Shown: piece by piece, positions 1-14,200 of the stretch
Position numbering within the stretch: the stretch's first letter is position 1
Layout of the letters: every line of letters starts with the position of its first letter
Assembly (NCBI GenBank): GCA_051362555.1
Contig: CM120642.1
Span: 23,498,001-23,562,000 of the forward strand
DNA from: Lingula anatina
Lineage: Eukaryota; Animalia; Brachiopoda
DNA length: 64,000 nt
Direction: 5' to 3'
Made by a program: the position numbers and the translations under genes
The notes under the pieces: generated by a model
Seen by the model: only the letters and a program-made list of their open reading frames with translations
Told to the model about the DNA's origin: nothing
Database searches by the model: none

Positions 1-651
1 TGATGTCCTCAATTGTAAAATTGTGTACTGTTCAAGTCTGTATCCAATGGATGACACTTTGTGTTATCAAAATACAAAATTCATGATAATAAAAGAGTGC
101 TAAATAGAAAATAAGCATTATGAAAATAAAATGTTTGAAAACGAATTTCTTTGGTCTTTTATTTTATTTCATCAGTATCCTTTCTTTTCCTAAATTAATT
201 GATGTTTTATCTCATAATCTTCAATTCTAAAAAAGTGGCAAAGCCCAGCATTAAATATTGTATAACTGTTCATTTAATCATCACCTCTGGTGTTATTTTG
301 GAATTTACCTTAAATATGAAAGAATTTCATAAAAATGTGAATTGCTGCAAAGTAACGCTATATAAAATTTGCTTTGCATTAAAAGTACAATCATTATTAC
401 ATGTAGATGCATGCATGTCCTCGGTTGTAATGTGTAGTGTCTGTCCGTGTGTGTGTCCGTGTGTGTCCTCGGTTAGAATGTAAAATTCTTGTCAGCAAAA
501 AATTAGTTTTTATAAAAAATTAATTTATAACATTCATACTCGAATAGATTTTACCCTAAATTGAATGTTTTTATTTTGATTTAACCAAGGAATAAGATGT
601 CCTCGGTTGTATGGTGTTGTGCTGATGTCCTCGGTTGGTACACATAGACAA

Positions 652-654
<3 letters not shown>

Positions 655-691
<37 letters not shown>

Positions 692-708
692 AAGAGAGAG
701 AGAGAGAG
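655..708. repeat. (GT)n / (GA)n microsatellite
   Basis: Direct reading. Confidence 0.95.
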
Positions 709-2201
709 GCGGTGCGTTAATTTAGGGAGAGGTCACGTGACTAGACCCCCTCTCTCTTTTCCTATAAAGTCGCCTCGTAATCGATATCTCCCAGTTTACA
801 AAAACGACTCGGAAAAAAGGAAAAAAGAAAAAAAGCAGCATAAGGCCTATCACAACGTTGAAAATAATCAGTGGAAAACAGACTACCAGCCCGGGTTAGC
901 TGTAGCCCATTACATTGCATAGATACGACGCACTAGTCCCGGTATATCTAATATCAGATCTTGGCTGCATTAACAAACGATACAGGCCCGTAGCCAATAT
1001 TTTCAAAAGGGGAGTTCGTTTTCTGATAAAGTGGACCTTTTATCATGAAACCTTCATGTGCCTAGATAAAATTTTACACAGAAGGGACCTTTTCCTGGCA
1101 TTACCCCCCCCCCCCCCTCCGGCTGCGGGCCTGCAATATATAACTAATACAAATGTATAGGTAAAGAAATATCAATATTTCTCATTAGGCCATGTTCCTT
1201 GATCGTTAGTGTTATGTAAAGAATATCCCATTACCATAAAGTTTCTATGAGGCCTATTGATTCCAAAGGTTTTCAGGAGCATATACTTTATTATTTATCA
1301 TTATTTATCAAAGTATGAAAAACGTGATTAACTAAAACGTAATTGTACTAAAATAATAATTTCAAAAAATCTTTTCACCTCATTTTACTTCATTATACAT
1401 ACAACCGATCCCAAGGAATACATCCTTTCTGCTTGCCAGGATTTGATGACAAACTTCCATGGTTAAAAAACAATGGGCCGTTCAATTAATATGGGAATAT
1501 CTGAAGTTCAAGATTAATGGAAATATTTCTTTTATTTTTAGCGCAATAGAAAACAAAATAGAAATAGAAAACAGGTCCAATAAAATAAATAGTTGTAAAA
1601 ACTTCGCAAAAGAACTTTGTCGACGGGGATATCATCTTTGTTATCTTGTCAGTGCATGCAGATTTTCACTCGTTTTCATTTTAATGTGACTTCTCACATT
1701 AGTGAACAAAATCTATGGGTTTCTTTGGAAGTTATCCAGTATTTCGATTTATGCCGTGGGTTGGCTGGCGAAATCACCCGAGTTTGGGCCGCTCCAGACC
1801 TCTCCATAATTTAAATAGCAGTGCCACACCGTTTTACCCAGGTCTAATAACAGGTTTCGATAGACTTAACAAATGATATAGATACTGTTAAGGCACACGG
1901 AACAACCAAACTGTTTTAGGCTTGTAGTCACACCTTCCCAAATTACGGCTTTTTCATATTGCACGAAATCCATTCATTCATACCAACCACTCATGGCGCT
2001 GACGTCGATGTCACGTGACCCATATGGCCTGAATCACAGCACGCTATTTCATTGTTGCTACGATAAGTACAGAGTAAGAGGATTATTACGCTGACTTCAC
2101 ACGAGGCCGTGAAACTTATAAGAATCAGAGTTCCTTCAGAAAGTCCAGCTACGGAAAGAATATAACCTCCCAGACATTCTGACGTGAAACTGGAACGGAC
2201 G

Positions 2202-5200
2202 ATGAAGGGAAATGTTTTGGTTATCATAGTGATTCTCACGGCAGTCGCCGTTATCGCGTTCAACAGACTTCAAGCAGTGATGGATCGTTTCGCGAAGTCA
2301 AAGGGAGAGATTTTACAATCGTTTTATCACGATTTCTCACACATTAAGCTCGAAAACATTCCCTGGGTGAGTGTACTCTGCGGAAGTTGTGTTCTCTACA
2401 TTTGTTATTACTTGTACTATAAACTGTTCACGCCGCTGGATCTTGTCAAGGATTTGAGCGATGTCGGCTACGCTACGAACAGCGGCAGTGAGGGACGTAG
2501 TAAACGGGAAGTGGCGAACCATGTGCGGCGCTTAAGAAAAATTGGAGATATTCCCCCAGTGTACCCCAATGGCTGGTTTGCGTTGATGGAGGCGCACCGA
2601 TTGAAAAAAGGCGAAATTGAACATGTAGTTGCTCTTGGTAAGTGATAAGTCCTATTTATTTTTAAGGGGTTAAACTTAAAGTCAATTAATTCTTATACGG
2701 CGCCCCAAAGAGAGAGAACCGAGTGGCAGTGGAACGTTGGTGTGATAGCCCAGCCTGTTTTCTAAAGAATTTTCTCGTTAACTCGGCATTTATTTAAAAA
2801 GGCCACATCGCCAGCTAGCCAAACAGGTGTCTTGCTGGAAGAGATTCGACGTCGACAGTTCTATATAAAATCCCTATAAAAGCAGTCTCTTTTCCTCTAC
2901 TTAAATTTTTCTTGTCGGCATCTCAGGTAAAAAAATGCCCTTACTGCCCCAAATATCATATTGATATGAGTATTTTGGTAACAGACTAATTAATTATTAA
3001 TTAATAATTATTGTCCCAATGTCGGACTAATCAATCGAACAATATAATTGTCTAGTAGCTGTGTCGTAGGTCAGACGCTCTCGATCGGTTCAATACATTC
3101 TTGTCTGTTAACTCCCTAATTTATAATCATAATGTCCCTATGTCCCTAATTTATAATCATAATATTTGGAAAAGCGTTCCTTGATCTGCGCTATGCCACA
3201 GCTGTTCACAAAATGTAGTGAAAAAAGAAAAGAAAAAGAAAACTGACATCTGATTTACATCGATTTAAAGCGGGCTTATTTTTTAATGCTGCTTGGCGTT
3301 AGAATTAAGATAGTTTGTACGAGTACACTCAATGACGCATTTGGTTGAGCGAGTAATCGAAACATAAACTGTATGCTAGTATTGAGAACACGTGCAGCCG
3401 ACGTTTATGTGGGCACTGAATGTAAACAATACGGCCATACATAATCACCCATTGTATTACTGCGGAATGGAGTATCGAACAATATGTAGGGTGGGCTTTT
3501 CATCATGTACGTCTGTTTCTGTGATTTCACTACCGCCAGACAGCATTCAATCGCAGAAATTGAGCAGCGATATAGGCCTAGTAAATGGCATGGGATCTTA
3601 GAGGGCAAAAAGCAAGATTAAAAAATTCGTAAAGTAGAGCACTTACCGTATATCAGTCATTCCTGGCTGATGGCTCTTTCCGCGTTCCAGCGAATGAGAA
3701 ACTGTTAGAATTAATCATTTCAGTCAAACCGTTCCATGACATCATATACTGTAGACCTAGGGCAATATTTTGAGTATTGGGTCCTAGTGTAGATATACAG
3801 GAAGTAAATTGCAATCAAAAGGTCACTCAAAAGTAAGACAGTGACAGTAACAGGCATGATAAAAACACAATAATTAACAAGGGGGAATTCAGTAATCACG
3901 GGATGTGGTTCACAGACTTAAACGCTCCACAATTATTTCAATTATATGTGACCATAATCTAAGCACCTGGCGTGTCGCAACCATTTTGCCAGATGATTAG
4001 CCAACTTTGTATTAAAACATAGGTTTGGTATTTGAATAACAATTTAAATCAGACAACGGGGACAGGTGTCAAGGAACGGTGTAAATAGCCCCTGCTTTGG
4101 TTGTTATTTGTAAGCAAATACATCAGTAGCAGTAAACATACTTAGGACACATTCCCAATGAAGCCATAGTTCTGCGGAGATCGATCCAACTCCATGGGAA
4201 CTCTTACTGTCAGATTAACGTACTGTCAGATTTACGTACTCGTATAATCACCAAATTTTATGTATTCTATACTCAACGCCAGGTGGAGGCGTGTTAATCT
4301 GCTAACCTGGTTGCATTCAGCGAGAGTCCACGCGGATTGGGATCGATTTACGTGAACGGGGAATGAGCCCTTACCCTAGCAATTTACCTGCAATAGTGGT
4401 TGTGATGAAGCGGCAGTCAAGTGTTTTTTTGTATTATTTGGTCATATAAAGCAATGGGCAGACTTTACACAACGAACCACTAAAACATGTTTGTACTTCG
4501 TGACTATTTCCTCCGTTTGCCTCTCTTTACAATTACATAATTTTCTCAGTTTCGAAAATAAATCGACAGATTTCGTGATCGTGTGCGGCGCTGGAGGAAT
4601 AGGGGTGGGTCACCCTGGGTTTCATATGTGTCTGGGGTGTCATCGCTATATCAGCACTAGTTTCCACTGAAATACAGGGTGGAAAGGTGGGATATAATAG
4701 GCCCTACATCATATCGTATCAATCGACTGCAGCAAGGCAATATTAGGTCGGAAACAATCGATACAATCACTTAACTTAAGCTTTATTAGTAACAGTGTTT
4801 TGATAATTGATGAGTGTTGATAGATTAGCAATTAATCTAAAAGGGAAATAAATCTTGAGGAATTTCTCATTGTTAAATTTTAGATAACATGAATGTATTC
4901 AATCCAGTAACGTTTGTTATATAGTCTATCTGAAGCGTTTATATAAGAATCTTTAAATTTGTTTGAGTTTGAAGAATTAACATTAGTCCAATAATTGCTA
5001 ATATGAAAAAGTGACATATACCTACGTACACTGAAATAGGAGAGACAGAGGGAGCAAGAGAGGGGAAGGGGGTTATGGAGGGGGTTGATTCGATGTTGGC
5101 TGATTTTTTTTAATCTGCAAGAGTTCTCTGTTTCTCTGCCTGGTTGACAGGTGACAAGGGAATAGCGAGGCACGAGAGTGACAACTTTCCAGGTGTAATT

Positions 5201-5354
5201 ATCTCATGAACATGATAATTATACAACAATTATGGCCTTCTGCTGAGAGAAGACCCCTGTAATTGTTTTCCTGTGTTGCACTTTTCTCCATAATGGTCGA
5301 AAATAGACCGTTTAAACGTGGATCCATCATGTGTTATGAGTCAAAGATTTGGAC

Positions 5355-5403
<49 letters not shown>

Positions 5404-8183
5404 GCCGTATGGTTGCATTAAGTGCCAATATTCAGCGTGGTCAAGCTTGAATTTGATTTAAATAAAAGGGACATGTCTCTGTTTATATTTTGGAATTGAA
5501 ACAATTAGATTAAAACCCAGAACAAGAAGTGCCTTTTCATGTTGGGTATTTTTGTTGGTTTTAATTGGCCAAATGTAAACATTTTTGTTGTGAAAAATCT
5601 ATAAAAGGAAACTCTCATCAGGCCTATATGTGCGGGGCGGGGTGGAGTCGAAAAAGCACTGTCCTTTTGGCTGGAAAAGGTCCGCTCTGGTTTGAATTGA
5701 ATTTTTAGTTCATATCTCAAGTAGGGTACACTAAGAGGGTAGAAAGGTCCGTATTTTCGGCAAAAAGAAGCTTGTCTTCTTTGAACAATCTGGCTTCAGG
5801 CCTGCTCATCGCTTCTAGTAAGATGGTGGTGACGCAGAGAAAGGGAATACGAGAGTCTAAGTCAGTTCGCTGGGGATCGGGTGTTCACTTTATTCTAGTG
5901 CTATCACATGTATCTGCAGTAGACCAACAGCGAACTCGAAAATAGCTCTTTGATTTCAAATCTGCTTCATGTATTTCCCGTCATAAATAGACAGCGCATA
6001 GGAATATTTCTGGAAATGGCATCAAAAAGAAATGGATCTATTTCAAGAGCAGAGCGCCATATTTTTATCCGCAATCTTTTTTTCAAACGCAGTAAATCTT
6101 TTAAACAGAAAAGAGAAAGAATCACACTGACGGATATATTATGTAAATAGAAACATAACATTTAAGAATAATAAAACGGTGATGGACATCTGTGGTATTT
6201 TATAGCAGGTTTCTGCTATTACATATTATGGATTTGTAAAAGAAATATGAAAAAGACATTTTGTGGCCTTAGCAGCTCTTTATTGCTTGGCATACATGCT
6301 GTCATTTATTTTAGCCGACGGAAATTAGATAAGACAACTGGCCTTATTGTTAAAGGAGGGCAAGATTATTCTGATAAAAGTGTCGAGTGATGGCAGAAAT
6401 CAATTATTTTCAGCTTATAAGTTTTATAAATACACGCTCGCCCTGCCGTGTTAATTGTCCAGGAGAAAGTTCGCCGCAGTGAGTGGGAGTATTTGCGCCC
6501 GTGGCTCGCATCACACAATCAGGACTTGCAACAGTGTTTGTATTGCAATTAGGCTCAATAAAAGATAAAGGATAGCTTTTATCTACTGAATGCATTTCCG
6601 TGTAACTTTTCAAGGTGTTTTTGCCTCTGAAATGGGTTGTCTATAACAATTGCCAGCTTATCCCCATACATCCCAGCCACGTATCATTTATTTCATACGT
6701 ACAGAGAATGCTGTAAAAAGAATTAACCCTGAAATCCGGCGTAAAACATTCGGTAACAGGTGCTAGTGAGAAATCCTGAATTTACGTTCACCATCTACGC
6801 AACTATATTAATATATTGATGTTGTCATTTTGTATGAATGACAATATTCTTTTCTAAATTTATGTCCCCTTTGTCCGTAAAATCAAAACCAGACCTAAGG
6901 TGAGATTGTTAGCATGAGGCTACGTAATGTGAAATTATTTCATATTTTGGTGCACTTTAAAAAGTTTTCAGTGATATTTCAATCGAGGAAGTATGATAAT
7001 TATGATACTTGATATTTGACTTACGTCTCTTTACACTCCCTAGTCGTAGACTATTCTACAATTTATTTGTTTTGTTTTCTCCATCTCTGCTTCAAAGAAA
7101 GATTCAAAGAAATTGACTCCTGAGATTGTACCTCTGTGGAATGAATAAGACATATCCATATTTCAAGGAAAGACAAATAGTAAAAAGCATTGATCAGACA
7201 ACCGGGCTGAAGACGTGGTGAATTCCCACTAAATTGTCGCTCAAGCACCCTGGAGAAATAAAAAGACGATTTAGACGATATAATTCCGACTTTAACCTTC
7301 GTGAAAATAGATAATGGACTCTGTTATGACTCTAACATATGACGTTTTTTTTTATGAGACTGTTCCAATATCCACTTTCCATGGGCAGAAAGATGGCTAT
7401 GGTAGTATCTGAGCAGATTCTACAATTTTTGTCATTAATTACAATTGATAGCATGGATAAGTGTTGAATTAAAGACTAGATTGGTAGTAATAAGTAGTGT
7501 TTTAGGAAATGTTTGTCAGTCGGAGTCGATACCAGCACGGACAGACCAACAAAAACTGGGGGGGGGGGGGGGGGGGGGGGAGAGGGGGAGGCACATATGA
7601 TCGAATATCTTTCTACCTTCATAGCTGTCGTATTCAACCCATATTCCTCCCAACGTCTCTGTCGTCCACTTGTACTTTTCTTTTTCTTTTCTATGTGGAA
7701 AACATAAGCTGCTGTTTGTTAAGTGAAGTCACGTTTTTTCTCTTGCCTAAATGATGTGGTACGAACTGCACGTGCAAGAGTCAACGTGAACGCAGCCCTT
7801 TCACCACCTTAACCCATGTGCAAAAAAACTGAAAAAAAAAATAAAAATAGGTTAAACCGTACGATACAGTTACATAACGCAGACCATGGCACAATGCCCT
7901 AGGTGCCTTTGAATTGTTACTGCATATCCCCAACGTGCTGATTACACAAAGCACAAAAGTCCGTTTTGTTTGAAATATGGAGCCAATCAATATGTCAAAA
8001 ATCTTAATTCGATTTGCTAAGTTGTTACATCGATACCTCATGATGTAATGTTATCCCATGTCATGCTGACCCTGTACCGTTTTGTTGTATTTGTGTTCAA
8101 TGACATGGAAGGGCTGTGGGTGCCGAATCGAAACAATAGGGGCAACTATGTATTATTTAAGGTAGAAAGTCTGCTTGGTAACA

Positions 8184-8229
<46 letters not shown>

Positions 8230-11200
8230 GGGGGGGGGGGGGGGGTATGGCAGTGAGAGTGGGGGGGGGGGGGGTTGGTTCGTTGTCAGCCCAATGAAAG
8301 ATCGTAAAATTTAACACGGTCCATTACAGCATGAGAAGTGTGAAGAATTGGCGAAAAGGAGAGGCATTTAAACAATTAAACCACTGAAAGAATATTGTAC
8401 TCTGCAAACGTCCATTTTCCAAGAACAGTAGTATTGAAGAATGTCCAAGTTAGAAGTCTCAAGGGGTTAAATGCGGGGATTTTCATCGATCGCTCGCGTA
8501 AAAGAACATAATGCTTCTATCGTGATGTTAAGAAGGTCCCAGGGGCCAACTTAATTAGGGTTTGATATGTCTGTTTGGCAAACTGAAGTGTCTGGAACTG
8601 ATATAATTTGTATTTCCACTCAAACGCCATAAGCATTTGCAGAGGAATATGCCCCCCCCCCCTCCGCCTGGGGATCCGTACTTGCATATCTCTCGTTTCG
8701 TATTCTTTTAGCACGTCGTACTCTTGGAATATCTATATCTGGGAGACTGCAATTCATCTCGTAGATAATCACTTTCTAATATTAAATTAAATTAATCAAA
8801 TGACTGTTAGACTACTTTTTTTCTTTAAATTTAACCGGCTATGTCTACCAACTTACTTGAATATGAATATTAACAAAATACTGATTTCGCCTTGGTAGTG
8901 ACCAGTGCCCACTCTCAACATCGTGCAACTCCCTGCTGTAGTGTTTATGTATGCTTGAGAGGGAGAGAGAGAGGGAGAGAGAGAGGGAGAGGGCTACCCT
9001 CTGATATCAGGTGGTTCTAAAAAAGTTCACAAAATTCAAGTATGAGCCCCTGTTTGAAAACATCCAACCTGGCTGTGTGCTGTTATGTAACCACCCCGCC
9101 CCTACCCACCCCTATAACGGTGGCTCAGTAGCACTAGCAGAGGAGTGGGGTTGGGTATACCCTCTACAAATGCCGCAGTTATTATTGTGGACATTTTTTG
9201 CTGACATCAGACCAAAATGACTGTCTATTTATCTAGAGAAATATCTGTGAATATCTGTGAAAAATCAAAATCTGGGTCTCCGATCTAACCACTCAAAATA
9301 ATTTCACTTAGATTACTTTCTGTCACACAAATGCTTAGAGTAAGCGAGTTAAAGTGTGGCTAAAATAGCGCACAAAATTGAAAACTTCCCAGAAAATTGA
9401 TTTCTTTGAAATAATGACGATATTTGCTCTATAATTTTATGACTGTCTCGTGTTGTTTAAGTTCCTCGGGCAAAGGACAATTTGTTTTTGTCAACATTAA
9501 AAGCGGTGTACGCTTTTTTTTTGTTTTCTTTTTGAGAAAATAACAGGAAAAGGGCCGTGTGTTGCGAACGGAGAAATTTATTTCAAGTGTTTAACAACAT
9601 TTTTTAGGTAGCAAATGTATAAAGGAGAGCCGGGGGGGGGGGGGGGGGGTAAGGGAAAGGGAAATACACTTAAAGTGGTAAGAAGAAAATTATGTATTTT
9701 GTTTACGGTGTTTATCTGCATCAGTACGAAAAATACTCAAGCAAATTTAACCCTCTAGAAACGCATTTTCACCAAAGGGCCTTAGATAATACATAACATA
9801 CACGTTTAACGCCGTATCACAGTAGCTTGTCAGCGTGTCTGGTTTCATTAATCGTATCAACAGTTTCTAGTTCAAAATAAAAAAAAAATTGAGGAACTTT
9901 TTGCTAAGACGATATCTATGGTTGCTGCAAACATGGACTAAATTTAGTTAAACCCCCTCTCTCTCCACCCCACTTTAAAATTACTCGCAACGCCCTGTTG
10001 TTATAGCTTATAAAAGATCGCAGCATAACATACGGTTGTGGGAGGGACTAGGTGTGCCCTTAGGCTCTATTCCCATAGATTTTAGATCGATCTATCCCCG
10101 CGGGGAGTCTCACTAGATTACTTTCAGATAATCCGACTTAAATGTCCGGCCCGCCTACTACAAGCTGTAAGAGGGTAATTAACTTTCGTGTCCGCCCGGC
10201 TGACAGCTATTTAGCGTGAACCCCCAGGGAGTTAGGTCGATCTAAAGTAGGTCGATCTAATCTATGGAAATGGGGTGTTACTGGTCCGTGCGAAACTACA
10301 GCACGAACCATCTGCCCACTGTTGTCGACCGTGGAAAAACTGCCATGACGTACTTCCGCTTGGCCTTTGACACTAAAACTGATTTTGCAGCATTCAATAT
10401 TGAAAATTCGAGTCTCGTCAACTCATCAACTGTCAGCCCACAGTGTATGATATAATGCTGAGTAATGACAACATATCATGTTTGACAGTGCATGTGATAC
10501 CTACTTCCTTGAGCGAGCTTATGAAACAACTGAACGGGATATTAATCGATTATGGTTTTCGCTGAAATTGAGGGCTCTTATGCCGAAAGACGTCACGTAC
10601 CTAATAAAAACATCCTGGACAACTGACAAATAACAGATATTTCCCCATGCAGATTATGTGGAGTAGAGCAGCGGCATGTTATATGAAATTTGATAAAAAA
10701 TGAGGCTTTGAACGGTGTGTTGATAATATGTGACAGTAAGCTTATGATGTTAAGAGTCTCTCTCTCTCTTTCTCGCTGTTTCTCTCTCTGAATCCGCCTT
10801 TTCGTCTTTGAAAGTTGTTTAGGGCGTCTTTTTAATGAGAAGACTGAAGTGAATGCGACTTTAAAAATACACTGTTTGGCCCAAGTTTGTGCCAAATATT
10901 TTGTTAAAATGAAAAGAAATCCGAAGGAAAAAAATCCGATAAAATGTAGACTTAACTTGGAGTGCTTTTACAATTTGTAGGATAAGTGGTCGGGTCTGTT
11001 TTTTCTTCTTACATGTCAATAAACAGCACGACACTTTGGAATCCTGGAAAGACGGCACCTGCATCCGACGGGAAACGTTGTGTATATGAACGTGCAACAT
11101 GTGTCGATAAACATGTGACGCCGAGACAGCACTCGCGGGGTAGGGTTGGTCATGGATTCGAGCACGTGTCTATTTTTTCTGAAGTGAGAATTCAAAGTAA

Positions 11201-14200
11201 ATATTATTTATATTAAAATCATTTCGCAAAACAACAATCAATCAACTGTCGGAAGATGAAAAGGCTAACTGTAGATTAGTTAATGTAGGCTGCCCTGAGC
11301 GAACCAGACGATGTGCATTTATAGTGTTTCCTTTCGATATACAGTCCTGAATATGTTTTTTTTTTCAAATAATATTAAAATATTAATTTTGAAATGGTGC
11401 GGATTGCAGCCTCGGGTCTTAATTTGAACTTGAGTTGCAGAGGAAGAGTACCAGCACGTTTTTCTCTTGAGGACGGTGTGAAGTATATCCAGTTTAAGGA
11501 TAAGGAAAGTTTATTGCTATCAAATGCATCACTGTCGTGGTGGTTACGTATCAATATACTTTTTATTTTATTTTTGATTGAAATTTGAATCACTGTTACT
11601 TAATAAGATTAAATGGGTTATTTTTTCTGATGTGACTATTTAAGTTTGTTAGTTTGGATGAATGAATGAATGGATGGAAGGATGGATGGATCGGGATGGA
11701 TGGATGGACCCAGTCTCTCTGACGAAAAGTTTGCTTGACTCTCGGGGTGTAATACCACCATTGCGTGCCTGTGGTGGGTTTCTGAAAGCCAAAGGTAAAG
11801 GTCACGTAGCAGCCTACTGTGCGATCAATCGTCTGTAAGAACAATCCATCATAGCAAGCGCTCGTTTTGTGTTCTGTAATTGTAGGGAATTTGTTTGGGT
11901 CACAGCAGCAGCATTAATTTGTGGGGATGGCAAGGTCAGAAAGGACATTTTTTGGCGGAGAAGCTAAGCAAACGTGCGGGTTTGTTATATTGCGTGCTCC
12001 CGGTCCCACCGCCTCGTGTTATATTAGGATATTGCAGTCCACTGGTCGTCCGTGCCAAAGCTTTATACTAGAAACGTTACCTTGTATTGCTATACAAATA
12101 TTGCAAGATATGGTACATAAGTGCAAACAAACAAACAAGCAAATGTTGAATTAAGGGAAAATAGAATGTGACTCCTGACTTTAGTTTTTGCCCCCCCCCC
12201 CCAAACCGATGTAATGAAGTCAGAAGTAATATACAGTAACTAAAATAACAGTAAGAATAGGACTTGAATTGTTTTATTATTACAAAGTTCAAATTATATT
12301 CAAGTCATTAAGTATTACAAAAAATAATAATAAATGGATACATAACTAAATAAATAAAGTGTTGATATATAATAAATCAATAAATAAATGACAGTGATAG
12401 GCTACAGACTTTTGGTGTTCATCATTTGAATAAATGGTTTTAAACGTTGGTATGAGCGATGTTTAGTTGTAGTATTAGCTGAAGGACATTCCAAATGAAC
12501 CTAGCTAGTGTTTATATTTATAAATAACGTACTTGAATGAACTAGTTAGTAAAAAGTTGGAGAATTAGAATTAATTGCCAGAAAAATAATTTGTTTCTCC
12601 ACTTGACTGTCACGCCGGTATGGTAGTGCGGTACTTATTTGTCTTTTACAACTTCTAGTTTTCCCGTACATTATCAAAAGGCTTTAAGAATGCCCTGGAG
12701 TATTTCAGTTATTACCACTGTTACAAAAATTACAATGAAAAACCGGAGATCTATTGAAATATCAAGGGCTTTGATATAAGCTGTCTTTTCGCCTGCTTAC
12801 AGCCAATTCACAGCAGGGAATCCTGCTGCTCTAACAATGGGGGATTTGGAATTAATCCGGGTTTTATTCAATAGCAGATTATCCTTTTTATGCACCTGTA
12901 TGTGTGTGTGTGGGCTTGATTATTTAATTCCCAACATCAATGAAGATGCCATTTTTATTGAACCTCTCAATCCGAATCTAGCTCTTTTTTCCAATGCGGT
13001 TATATGCTACAATGAAAACGACAAGGTTTGATTGAATGTGAGTACTAGTGAGCCATTATTATGAAATGTTACCCAGCGGCAAACGCAAGTAGAGCGAACA
13101 TTAAAACATGTAACAAAGCACGTTTACCGCCATCCAATATCACCGGGGTGAAGCTAAATGTTTATTTCCTTTCCTTTGTGGGTTTTCATGTTTTAGATAT
13201 TGGATTCAAAAGCGATTTGTAACAAATGCAAAGCGGTGATTTATTGGCGTGAAATGCATGAAAACAGATTTATATTTTGCTTAGATACTTGTAACTGAAT
13301 GCTCAGTGTCAGCTTTACCTTTTCCGTTCACTCAATATATTTAATGCGCATGCTCTTCCTTTAGTCCGTTCATTATCTCTCAAATTTATAGACCGCCGTG
13401 TGCGATTGCAATTTTCATCTGCACTGGTGCAACCTCAATGCACTAAAATTGCCATATCTGAACCATAAAAAAGCAATTCTTCACAAAAAAGGCTTTCGTT
13501 TTATGTAAACATCGTCTAATTCACCTTTAATATTTCATTTTAAAAAGATGTGAACCGAATATGCGCATTAAGTAGGAAGGCAATGCTATCACTTTTGCCT
13601 AGCATGAACTGACTATTTTCATAGCTGGAAAATTCTTTTTTTGCTTTACTCGATTCAGGGCTGAAAACTAACAGTCGTATAAGCAGTTCTGATAGTGAGC
13701 AACGCTCGGGAAGCCTACTTGCACGTGTTCATAAAATACGTCACCGCCGTGATTGTCAAAAACACGCAGAATGTGTCCACGTGTTTCAAGATGACTTCTT
13801 TGGAGTTTATTACAATTGAAAACAAGACCCTTGTCACGGATTCCTACTCTCCGCCAGATGTCCAGTTCGGCGAAAACGTCATTTCTCTGAAAAATCCTTG
13901 TTGGATTCTATCACAACAAGATATTCATTTGGATGTTCGGTTTACGGAATATCAACTGACTTATATTTCACTTTGACAGCAAAGAGAAAAAAAATCTTAT
14001 TTTTAGTTATCAATGCGTTGAACGAATAGGGCCTATCTTGGCATATTAACTTATTTTAGTCCCTGTACAATATAGATCTTATACAATATTCTTTAACTCT
14101 TTCTAAGAACATAACAAGAAAAATCCTTCAGATTTAATAAAGTTTCTGTGGAGTTTGGAAATCTAAAGAACTCCATTCATTGAAACACGTTACTTTTTTT

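Noticed and set aside
13341-13571. Possible MITE bounded by ttaatgcgcat / atgcgcattaa
   Set aside because: The inverted match is only 11 bp and partly self-palindromic, which is insufficient support.
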